The position numbers and the translations under genes were made by a program. Source: Eledone cirrhosa (Eukaryota). From it: a stretch of 64,000 nt of DNA. Positions 1-64,000 of this stretch are shown here, piece by piece. Numbering within the stretch: position 1 is the first letter of the stretch; every line of letters begins with the position of its first letter. The notes under the pieces are model-generated. The model worked only from the letters and a program-made list of their open reading frames with translations, was not told the origin of the DNA and did not search any database. The DNA is taken from positions 16,926,001 through 16,990,000 of the forward strand of contig OZ024761.1 in NCBI GenBank assembly GCA_964016885.1, in the 5' to 3' direction.

Positions 1-226
1 TCCTGATGAACCATATCTCATGCAGCCCGCTTCTCGAAAAAGGTTTACCCATGCCAGTGCTAAAGGGTTACTTTAACCCTTTAGCAATTATATATTTTAA
101 AGTAGCTGGTATACAATACAAATTATCACCTGTTAGAGTTAACAGGTCAACTAATTGTTGTTTGTTCAGTTCTTATTGTCTAACGATATGTTGATTTTCT
201 CTCTTCTACCTTCATCTAATTAACAG

Positions 227-52431
<52,205 letters not shown>

Positions 52432-52519
52432 AGAATGGAATCGTATTGACAGAACTAACAAATGATAATAGACTCATACACACCCACCTGCAAACACACA
52501 CACTCACACACACACATAT

Positions 52520-52800
52520 ATATATACATCTATATTTATGTATATGTATATATACGCATCTATATTCATGTATATATATATATATATATATACATATCTA
52601 TATTCATGTATATGTATATATATATATACACATCTATATTCATGTATATATATATATATATATATATACACATCTATATTCATGTATATATATATATATA
52701 TATACATATCTATATTCATGTATATATATATATATATATATATACATATCTATATTCATGTATATATATATATATATATATATACATATCTATATTCATG

Positions 52801-52831
<31 letters not shown>

Positions 52832-52954
52832 CTATATTCATGTATATATGTATATATATATACATATCTATATTCATGTATATATATATATATATATACG
52901 CATCTATATTCATGTATATATATATATATATATATATACACATCTATATTCATG

Positions 52955-52985
<31 letters not shown>

Positions 52986-53195
52986 CTATATTCATGTATA
53001 TATATATATATATATACACATCTATATTCATGTATATATATATATACATATCTATATTCATGTATATATATATATATATATATATACATATCTATATTCA
53101 TGTATATATATATATATATATATATACATATCTATATTCATGTATATATATATATATATATATACACATCTATATTCATGTATATATATGTATGT
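52520..53195. repeat. Compound repeat ATCTATATTCATG+(TA)n in the probable 3' UTR
   Basis: Constant 13-mer separated by variable-length TA runs. Confidence 0.92.
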
Positions 53196-53913
53196 ATACT
53201 CATGCTGTGCTGAATAAGACCCGTCCCACCCTTGCGAGCAGGGAAGAGCGGACGTAAAATAATGATGATGATGATACATACACACACGCATAAATACATA
53301 TACAACTAGATATATGCACAATTATACACACACATTAAGAAATATAAAAATAAAACAATAAACACAAAGAAATTAAAAAAGCAACAAAAATGTTTTAATT
53401 GTACTTTAAAACAATTCCTTATAATTTTTCTTTCCTTTTTTTTCCTTTTGAAATATTTAAATTGAATTAAATTAAAGTAAAAAAAAAATAAACTTAGATT
53501 TATTACAATTTCATAGCATCTATTTTTTATACCACCACTGGGTTAGCAATGCTGACATGGCGCACAGAATTGGATTTAGACCTTAGGGAGGCCCTCATAC
53601 ACAAAATATTAGAATATACAGCGAACCACCCAATTTTAAATATCAAAGTCAGCTTGGCGCGAATAATTGGAACTGAAAAGTTATATACACAGGTATTTAA
53701 TTTAAAACCATCCTAAAACTAAAAAGCTCAGCTGAGGGCACAAATAAATTGTTAGAGCTGTGAATACTGGTGGCTTAGTTCGGATCTAGCTATTGAAACG
53801 GCTGGAGCTCAGCCATCGGGGTCCTGAATCTTTTCATATTGCCCACTCTACTACCCCAAGTGTCGAGTACTCTGGTGTGTTTTGGTCCACCTGGTATCTT
53901 ACCACACCCTCTT

Positions 53914-53973
<60 letters not shown>

Positions 53974-54080
53974 TTAATGCGATGAAATACCAATGATGGT
54001 TGGAAAATCACTGACGAAGGACTATTTTTATCATATCTAACCAATGTGCAAACAACTCAGTATTCTTCTTTCTTCTCATG

Positions 54081-54130
<50 letters not shown>

Positions 54131-54424
54131 GAGGTTATATTTAATTTGTTGGGATTCAACAGCTTAAACTTTTTTATAACTGATATAAAGCACTCAACAA
54201 GTTAGTGGAGTAAATATACAATATATTAATAAATGGAAACTATATTTATAAAACCATAATTATTTTATTATATATATTTCAAGGGCGACCAAGGTAAATT
54301 ATAGTGCGCTTTCATCAGATAAAATACAGATTTATACAATTATCTCCACTATCCAGCGAATTTCAACCGTTGAGGTTGTCTTTTTTCCGGGTATGTCAAT
54401 ATTTATTTATAAAACAAATCTGTA

Positions 54425-54486
54425 TTTTATCTGATGAAAGTGCACCATAATTTACCTTGGTCGCCCTTGAAATATATATAATAAAA
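54425..54486 (+). ncRNA. Type I minimal hammerhead ribozyme (mirror copy on - strand about 54263-54324)
   Basis: TTTTAT-CTGATGA-AAGTGCACCA..TGGTCGCCCTT-GAA-ATATATAT-A-ATAAAA. Confidence 0.75.
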
Positions 54487-55248
54487 TAATTATGGTTTTA
54501 TAAATATAGTTTCCATTTATTAATATATTGTGTATATATATATATATATATATATATTCATATGTAGTTATTTCTATATATATATATATATATTTCAACA
54601 TTTTTAGTTATTCGATAATGTAAATTTTTTGCTTTGGATTTAAAGTGTTGAGTGACTAAACCAATATGTGTTTTATATGTATTGATTTAATCTAGCCAGC
54701 CATGTGGTATCTACCTTCTTGAAGTTGTTAGTTTATTTATTCATCTTCCTTGTACAGTGAGACCTTAAACACTTACTGATAGTGTTTGTTAATTAGATCA
54801 ATGATTGGAGATCGAACCCAATCAATAGATCGATTATAAACATTATATTCTGGAATCATCATGAAATAGCAATATAAATACCTTCAGTTAATGCTTTCTA
54901 TGAGTGAGTTCATTTATTATCATTATATATATATATATATAGGGCGGTGGATTGGCAGTATCGGTAGATGGTCGGACACCATGCTTTGACGCATAGAGTT
55001 ACGGTCCTTGCCATTCTGAGTTCAAATCCCGCCGAGGTTAACCTTGCCTTTCATCCTTACGGGGGCCGATAAAATAAAGTACCAGTAATGTACTGGGTAA
55101 TTTGCTGGCCTTGTGCCTAAACTAGAAACAATTATATATATATATATATAGAAAGACGAGTTTGTCGTGAGTGTCTTCGTGGAGTAGGTGACATGAAACC
55201 AGTAATCCAGATGCAATCAATACACTGGGACCAGTGAAAAACAAAACA

Positions 55249-55292
<44 letters not shown>

Positions 55293-55327
55293 TACATTAA
55301 TCAAAGTTCAGTTTAAATCATTTATTT

Positions 55328-55372
55328 GCTTACAATTGTTTCCTCCAAACCGAGGTTTGGATTCTTCGGAGC
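55328..55372 (-). ncRNA. Hammerhead-like motif with variant core CCGAAGA
   Basis: Minus: GCT-CCGAAGA-A-TCCAAACC/GGTTTGGA-G-GAA-ACAATTGT-A-AGC, then AATAAA. Confidence 0.55.
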
Positions 55373-55627
55373 AACTATTTAGTGATTTATAACATACTTG
55401 ACCTCCTTTTCAACACAAGAGACATATAAAAACATATGTATATATTAACCCACAGTGGGTTGACATCCATCATAATGATATAGCATGGCAATTTACATAT
55501 AAGGGTTAAAGGACAAAATTAAAGTTAAAAGATAGTAATGAATTACTGTCTTTCACTATTTAGGGTTTAAAATATATATAACCATAAAAGGTTTTATTGT
55601 ATACATAACCATAAATAGTATCCTTAA

Positions 55628-55676
<49 letters not shown>

Positions 55677-56198
55677 GATTGTACCCTGAGCTGATCGATA
55701 TTGAAACAATTGTAATATGCCAATAAAATTTATGTATGTGCTGCAACAATGACTTTGATCTTTCTTTTATTCAAACTCTACAGCCACCTTAACTCTGGAA
55801 TACGACCCAACACGAGACGGACGTTGTAACATCATCCGATGCTGGGCGTCTACCGCCAGTAATTGTAGTGAACCACGAGATTAACACATATGTATATATA
55901 TATATACACACCAGGGGCGAAGGGTCCGTGCATGCAACGCATGCAGTGCATGCGTTATAGAATCTTGAGTCGATCAATTGCGTCGGTTGAAGCAAGCAGA
56001 ATTTTGACTGCTTACTAAATCGTAGACACATAAAAAGATAACACACACCCACACACACACTAGATAACATTACATGCGGCTTTAACTGGGAGGGTCATTT
56101 AGAGGGAATTTTTTTTTGGGGGGGGAAGGCTGTACAGCTCCACTTTCCACCATGGCGATTGGACTGCATGCCCTGCTTTCCAGCTTACTCTTCGCCAC

Positions 56199-56263
<65 letters not shown>

Positions 56264-56568
56264 GGAGGTGAGTTTTATTGTAGTACAATAAAGCAATGCA
56301 GATATCGGATAAGAAGCACTCTACAGTTTGTAGGACTGGAGTATACATAATATAAGATCAAAAGATGGTTAAAGGAATTCCATGTATTTTATTATGCGCA
56401 TTTCAAAAACAAACATCATCATGCAATAATATTTGTGTTTTCATCAGATAAAACAGGAGAACATGATATGAAGGCTAAAAAACACTTGTGGATAGTGCAG
56501 TTATGATATGTTGATTTAAAACTGCACTATCCACAAGTGTTTTTTAGCCTTCATATCATGTTCTCCTG

Positions 56569-56635
56569 TTTTATCTGATGAAAACACAAATATTATTGCA
56601 TGATGATGTTTGTTTTTGAAATGCGCATAATAAAA
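56569..56635 (+). ncRNA. Type I minimal hammerhead ribozyme (mirror copy on - strand in left arm)
   Basis: TTTTAT-CTGATGA-stem II-GAA-ATGCGCAT-A-ATAAAA; stem I TTTTAT/ATAAAA; palindromic stem III; predicted cut after 56629. Confidence 0.8.
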
Positions 56636-56667
56636 TACATGGAATTCCTTTAACCATCTTTTGATCT

Positions 56668-56705
<38 letters not shown>

Positions 56706-57551
56706 TACGTATGTGTACCATCCTCATCATCATCATCATCGTTTAACGTCCATCTTCCACACTTGCATGGGTGTATGTAAAATGAAATAATGAATATTTA
56801 AATTCAATATATGTATAACTACACATACAATATGTTTTGTTGTAAAAACCTAAATAATGATTAAAGAAAACATTACTAATTTCTTTCGTCAGAAAAAAAC
56901 CCCTATTAATTTATGTATATATTGTGAGTGTGTATAGATATTCTATTTAAGACCGAATAAAAACCAGTACCTCTTCTAAGGGATGCCAAATAATTTATGA
57001 TTGAAGAATACCGGTGTAACACTAAATAAGTTACCGGTGCAGATATTTCAGGTTACCCCTGCTTTAATAAACTCCCTGGTAATTTGAAATTGAGTTCACG
57101 AGGATTGTAAAACGAAAATGTTTGGAAAATAGTAGACTCTAAACCTGCTAGAGATAGCAGCCAAATGTATATATGTATATATATATATATGACTATATAT
57201 GTATATATATATAACTATATATACATATATATATAACTATATATACATACATATATAAATGTATATATAAATATATATAAATGTATATATAAATATATAT
57301 AAATGTATATAAATATATATAAATGTATATATACATATATAAATATATATATACATAGTTATCTATATATATATATATTTATACATAGAGCTATATAAAT
57401 ATACACAACCATATATATATATGAATGTATGTATAAATATCTCTCTCTATAGAGAGAGATATTTATACATACTTTCATATATTTAATCAATTATTCCTTA
57501 AAAACTACTGAGAGTTATCTCCCTTAAACATATATATTATATGGATATATA

Positions 57552-58423
57552 CGAGGTGGGTCAGAAAAGTTCCAGGACTGATGTCACAAAAGATTTATTT
57601 CAAACCCAAACTTCACACTAAGAGTTTTCTCCTTCAAAGTAACCCCCTGGAGTCTAATGCACTTTTCCATCCTTTTCTGCCACGCTTGCATGTACTCCTG
57701 GAAGGATTCTTCCGGGATCCTCCGCAGTTCCGTCGTCTCGGCCTTTTTGATGTCGTCCACGTCTTCAAAACGGGTTCCCTCCGGGTCGTACTCGAAGATC
57801 CATGACTCATCACCGGTGATGACTGTCCCTAGCAAGTCTGATTCGGTTTCAAGACGCTTGAGGATGTCCTGTCACACTTGCATGCGTCGACCCTTCTGGT
57901 CATCGTTCAGCAGTTTTGGCACCATCTTCGCGCAGACTTTCCGCATGTCCAAATCTTCAGTGAGAATCTTCCTGACTCTGTCCCGATTCATGCCCAGCTC
58001 ATTTGCCATCAGTCGAACAGTCAGCCGACGATCCTGGTTGTTGAGGGCCTTCCGCTCCTGGGGCTCATCTTCCACGCCCTCGCGTCCTTCTTTAAACCTC
58101 TTGCACCACTCAAAAACACGTGAGCGTGGCATCGTCTCGTCTCCATACACTTGCTGCAACATTCCCAGTGCTTCTGACAGAGTTTTCTCCAACCGCACCA
58201 GAAACTTCAAGTTTGTTCGTTGTTCTGTGCTCATTGCTTGACGACCTGAAACAGAGGACATGTATATAACATTATGAAGAAAACAGTTTGATCGCTGCAG
58301 AGAGCTAAGATTACAGTTACATACTCCAGGGGGATTACTTTAAAGGAGAAAAATCTTAGTGTGAAGTTTGGGTTTGAAATAAATCTTTTGACATCAGTCC
58401 TGGATCTTTTCTGACACACCTCG
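57552..58423 (-). mobile_element. Mariner element, internally deleted
   Basis: TA-flanked TIRs of about 100 bp; EQRTNLKFLVRL, VFEWCKRFKEGRE, KMVPKLL, ITGDESWIFEYDPE joined directly to GTRFEDVDDIK. Confidence 0.9.
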
Positions 58424-59879
58424 TATTTATATTTTCATGAAAATATATTCACCGTTAACAAATTCCTGGAGTGACGACTAAGCTGTTGGTATGTCGAAGA
58501 CCGTTGATACCATTCTAAGTTAGTTGATATATTTTGAAGTGTTGCGAGATTTACTGTGTTCTTTTCTTATTGCCATAGCAAATTCAAATTCACTACAATG
58601 CTTTCTGCTTACTTCTCCTCACATTCACAAATATTTCAATCTATTCATTCGTACTTCATCTGTCATCTGTAATTTCAAATCATTTCATTATCTTAAATAT
58701 TTATATTTGATCTCCCCTTAGATTTATCTCCTCTAAAGTTGTAATTCCTAAGATTCTACATTTTTCTTAATAATTCTGGTATTTCATGGTTTTTGCTTCT
58801 CTGGGTTCTTTCAACAGCTACTCTGTTCTTTCTGAAGTTGGGTGACCCTACCTGCACATAATATTCTAAGTCGTATCACACATATTTATCTAGAGTTTTA
58901 ATATTTCTGTATTTAGCTAGGTAAAGTAATATTTTATCATTCCCATAATCGGACTTGGGGTTGTTTGTTTGATGTGATATGGTTAACTACCTTGAAATTC
59001 AAATTGATATATATTCCCAATTAGTTAGGGGTGGGTGAAACAAGAGACACATTTTTATATCAATATTCGATGTTAAAACCTGCTGGCGTCTTATACATTC
59101 AAGATACTAATATGATATTTAAAGTATATCTGTATATACTAGCCATTTATAAATACATCCGTATATTAACTCTTCCTCAAAACGTATTTTCTTCAAAATA
59201 TATTCCGAAAAATCCTGTATGAGGTCTCTGTAAGTGTTTCATTTCAATCAATATCTTATTTCAATTTTCAATAGGTATTGCCGTTGAAGATGAAATCATT
59301 TCTCCTTATCAAATATATATATTTCTATGAGTCACGGTTTATTACACATTGGAGACAGAGTGAGAGATTTAGCTTTCATTTTTAACAGATTTAGAAACTT
59401 TGCAAACGCTTTATTTTTTTCTTATTGCCGGTACTCTGAACACGATTTGAAATGACTGGAGTGAGTTTATAAAAGGGTAAACTGAAATAGTTGCACCGGT
59501 AATATATTTAGTGTTACACCGGTATTTTCGAAACAATCTCTTTCGCATTCGTCTGTAAGAGGTAACATTTTCTATGCCGTCTCTGTTAGTGTAGAACTGT
59601 AGGTTGACTTGCTTGGTTTTTACAACTCTTTGTCAACATGTATATTATTATATACTTTCAAACACACTTACATATATTATATTTATAAACATATAGGATT
59701 TTACTAAGTTTTTATTCTTTCTAATGTGAAGAGATAGAAATAATAAGTTAAAGCTAAAGTATAATGATATAACAACAGTATATAATAGTTTTCTCCATTT
59801 TATTGAGATGCAAACGTTTTAAAGAAAAAAAGTGACAGTATAAGAAATATTTAATATCATAACATATAATATTTCAGGT

Positions 59880-60035
59880 AGGATGGTCGTTTCTCTTGTC
59901 TTCCACCTCTAGTTGTAGATTCTTCATGTCCTCTCTAGCCATAATTCCGTCGTCGACATATGCACACGTTTGATTTCTTCTTGAACGAATTGCAAATCTT
60001 GAGGTAGCCTTCTTGGTACATTTATTAGCTTCAAT
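59880..60035 (-). mobile_element. Possible highly decayed non-LTR RT remnant
   Basis: Minus translation shows RRLPQD followed by CAYVDDG. Confidence 0.3.
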
Positions 60036-60437
60036 TCGTGTTTACACTGCTTGTAATAATTCGTACGTTTTTTACTTTAGATGAAACATATATATAAAAA
60101 CGTCTGTGGCTTTAGTATACCTTTAAGTTTGATTTCAATAGAAAAATACTTACTGAACATGTGTAACACAATTATAACTGGAGCTACTAAGTTCCTAGCC
60201 ACTAGAAAATCTATTTGATAGAAGTTATTTCTTAGTTCTATGCACTGTCAATATCCCTTCTGCTTTTTATATGCTTGTGTTTGTTAAAGAAACATTCTCT
60301 GATTTAGAAACCACGATCTTCTCGCACCACCGTTGTAGTAATTCTTGTTAAATGTTTTGTCTGGTCTATTGTCAATAAGTGGCCTTGTTTTCTGATTATG
60401 AATAAAGTTAAGTGGTCTACTGAATTGTCTTCATTAA

Positions 60438-60617
60438 GGGCGGTGGATTGGCAGGGTCGGACGCTATGCTTTCCAGCATAGTTACGTCCCTTTACGATCT
60501 GAGTTCAATTCCCGCCGAGGTTGACTTTGCCTTTCATCCTTACGGGGTCGATAAAATAAAGTACCAGTAATGCACTGGGTAATTGCTGGCCTTGTGCCTA
60601 AAGTAGAAACAATTATT
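60438..60617 (+). mobile_element. SINE family A
   Basis: Near full-length copy. Confidence 0.85.
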
Positions 60618-60619
60618 GC

Positions 60620-62400
60620 CTATTTATAAATTTTGTTTAACTGCCGATAACTTTAAAATGTATTTCTTAGGTTGCTTAGGCCTACAAACCTTATATCAGT
60701 GTCCCTTCTTTTGACACTTTCTACGAGTGAATCCTTAAATTGACATTTTATTTTGGGTTGTACTGCCTTATCCCACCTATAACAGCTTGAAGCAGATATA
60801 GTAAAAACAGGTCCTTGACTGTGGAGACTAATATGAGTTATGTTGAATATAATTGTTGAGGTTTATTCAATCTAAGAGAAGAAAAAGGAATTATAAGTAA
60901 AGTGCAAAATAAATCTGCTGCTTTTAGACCTAGAGGAGGGGAGGATTGACTCAGTCAGGTTAAAATGCCCACATGACGGTAATTACGGCATCCCTACAAC
61001 AACAGTTAAGTGTCTATAACCACCACGTATTTATGAGACTAAAAACCATGCTAGTGTGTTTTTATTTTGGTACAAAAGTTTTTAAATAATTTCATTAGTT
61101 TTAAATTCAAGTAAGTCCAATATAATGTATTTAAACGAATCTATAGATAGGATTTCAATATCTGCCAGAGCTTATGAAATAGTAAAACAATTTTTTTTTT
61201 TCAATTATGTCAAATACCAAAAGTTGTTCTTTATTAAAGAAATGCTAAAATAGATTTAGTTAGTATGACTCTGAAATGTGTTCATAAACGGTAATGTTAT
61301 GTTTTCCTGAGAGCCTGTCTGTCGTACAGTATGTTTACACACAATACATACATGCATATACATAAATTAATTGTTTATTAGCTATATTCATCTATTTACA
61401 CTCCTCGTAATAATTCGAGCGGTTTTGTTTTTGTTTTTTCTTCAGGAGAGACGTAGATAGAAAAACGTTTGTGGCTTTAATATTGCTTATTTTTAAGTTT
61501 TGTTTAATTGCCGATAAATTTGAAATATATTTATTAGGTTTCTTAGAACTACAAATCTTTTTTATGACACTTACTACGGAATAAATTCTTAGCTGGATAG
61601 TTTACTTTGTGATTACTTTCCTCCCAAAGCCATAACAGCTTGAATGAGATGTAGCAAAAACTTGTGAAGACTGACATGAGTTATGTTGAATATTTTTGTT
61701 TATTCAATCTAAAGGGAAGGCAAAAGAATTATAAGTCAAGTGCAAAATTAACGTTTAAAGGCATAAGAAAGGTATCTCGCTTTCTCTCCTGTAAAATAAA
61801 TAGGCTGTTTTTAGACCAGGAGGATGGGAGGATTGACTCAGTCAGATTTAAATGCACACATGACGGTAAATACGACAGTCCTACAACAACAGTTAAGTGT
61901 CTATAACAACCATGCATTTAAGAGACTGAAAACCTTACTAATTTGTTTTTATTTTGGTACTTGAAAACAAAATTTAAAAACAAATTATATATTTAATTTC
62001 CTGTAAGTCAAATACAATGTATTTAAATGAATCTACAGATGGAGTTGCAATATCTGCCAGGACTTTGGAAATAGGGAAATATATAATTTTTTAAATTAAA
62101 ACTACTTTTCAAAGGAATAATAAAGATATATACACACACACACACACAGACATCTCTAGTGGAGATATTTCTGAGATTGGAAACCCTATCGATGTATGTA
62201 TTTTGTCACTGAAAAGTTATCAAAAAATTATTATTATATATACATGTTTGTGTTTTTGACGTAAGTAAAACGAATCTATATACGAGGTTTTCGATACCTG
62301 CCAGAGCTTATGAAATAGTAAAAGAATATTTTTATTTTTCAATTATGTCAAACATCGTATGTGGTTCTTTATTAAAGAAATGCTAAAATAGATTTAAATA
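60620..62400. repeat. Diverged local duplication (about 60620-61265 vs 61490-62400)
   Basis: Shared blocks such as GGAGGATTGACTCAGTCAG, CCTACAACAACAGTTAAGTGTCTATAAC, CTGCCAGAGCTTATGAAATAGTAAAA. Confidence 0.8.
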
Positions 62401-64000
62401 TATGAAATTTGCACAGTAGAATTACGGCCGCTTGGCGGGCGTCTGGTAAAGTGGTGGTAGTGTAGGTTCGAGCGGAGGGGAAACTAAAAAGGTGGCTCAG
62501 AGATGATCGTGGCCCCGGGTAGCTCAGAAGATAGAGACCAATCTCTTAAATTAAAACAATAAAAATGTTTTAAACATAAGATCGAAACCCTATCTCCAAA
62601 TCTATACACACTCAATTGATGCATAGATACACCACAACTACCCACACGACCACCTACAGACCAACAAATACGGAGTGAAAATAAACACATTTAAAGCTAT
62701 TTTATTGTTAGACTAAAAATAAGTTTATATATGTAAATATTCAAAAGAAAATCACTTAAGTCTTTATAGTCTAGTGGTAAGACATAAGACTGGGGAATGC
62801 CGTGTTTGGATTTCGAATCAACTTAAAACATTAATTTTTTTTATCCTCACACTGTAAGGAATTTGTTTGATTTGAACACGTAGTCATACCATTTAAAGCT
62901 TTATTTTTCTCTTTCTAGTGGTAACACAGTCAGCATATAAGTAAACGTGATTCACTTCAACACTTTGCCATACCATTTAAAACTTTATTTGGAGATGAGA
63001 CAAAGACACATAAATACACCAAGTAGTAAACCCTTGATTTAACTTACTATGAAGATGAAGAATGTCTTAATATCAAAGTGACGTTAAATTTAGGGGCCAC
63101 TTTCATTGTTTTTAATTTACAGAAACTCCTTAATATAACACAATATACAAGATATATATATCAGAAGGAATATTTTTTATTTTCTTGTTCCGTCAAACCT
63201 TGCGTTTATTCTACACACACACACACGTCGAAACACTTGCTTGAGGTGGCTTTCTTAGACATAATGAAAAGTGTTGGCTTTGTGGAGATTGATACAACTT
63301 TGGGTGATGTTACGAGGAGGGGCAAGGCTATGGAGAGTGTCTTAGTGGAAGAGATGATATCAGAGCAGTAACCTCCAAAGAGATGAAATTAGTGACTGAG
63401 ATGCTATCATTGGATAGTTAAGAATATATATAACAAACATATACTATAAATTTAACAAGTCAAACTACAGTTATACTCTAACACGGAAGACAAATAAAAC
63501 TTTACCTCTATCATGCACGTCGTATCCAGTGTGTTGTTATAAGAAAACCGGTGAAACACTAAATATGCCACCAGTGTAGCGATTTTATACTCTCTCTGCT
63601 TCATCGTACCACCCAGTAACATGAAACTGTGTTCAAATCCCTGGGTGGTAGAATTACGTCGCTTTAAAATAAACACACTGGGGTCAGTTTGAATATTGAT
63701 TTCATGTGAAAAATATAAACATATTATGATTGTACTCCGAACTATCAATATTGAAACAATTCTAATGCGCCAATAAAATTTATATATATATATACAGCAA
63801 CAGTGTTTTCGATCTTTCTTACTTTTTTTATTCACATTCTACAGTCACTTTAACTCTGTAATAAAAGCCAACACGAGACGAACGTTAACTGCAGTTACCC
63901 ACGAAATTAACGCACACACAAATGAATATACTACGAAAATGTATTTAAAATAAAAAAATAAATACTTAAATTCAATGTATGTATAATTACACATACAATA

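Noticed and set aside
1-50. CTGATGA near window start (also CTGACGA at about 54010 and CTGATGA at about 41767) as hammerheads
   Set aside because: No convincing stem II, GAAA and stem III arrangement.
63078-63835. Short ORFs at the window end as a second gene
   Set aside because: No recognisable domain or exon structure.

Overview
Eukaryotic, AT- and microsatellite-rich genomic DNA; the SINE families resemble those I recall from octopod cephalopods (inference, no search run). Bases 227-52431 (+) carry the last 31 coding exons of androglobin (ADGB): end of the calpain-like protease domain, circularly permuted globin, IQ motif and C-terminal coiled coil. The splice phases close across all 31 exons (4048 nt, about 1348 aa, TGA at 52429-52431); the 5' exons lie upstream of the window. 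Introns and the 3' flank hold tRNA-derived SINEs, RTE/CR1-type LINE fragments, a Gypsy integrase remnant, hAT, piggyBac and mariner elements, and many minisatellites. Main observations: (1) a dispersed set of minimal hammerhead ribozymes with palindromic stem III, in short (TA)n-embedded elements that are often long fold-backs (Penelope-like/retrozyme-type); (2) the globin E-F exon has no histidine, with Leu at the expected proximal HisF8; (3) a U12-type minor intron; (4) repeated duplication of ADGB splice sites, including a 16-fold tandem array of 5' splice donors.
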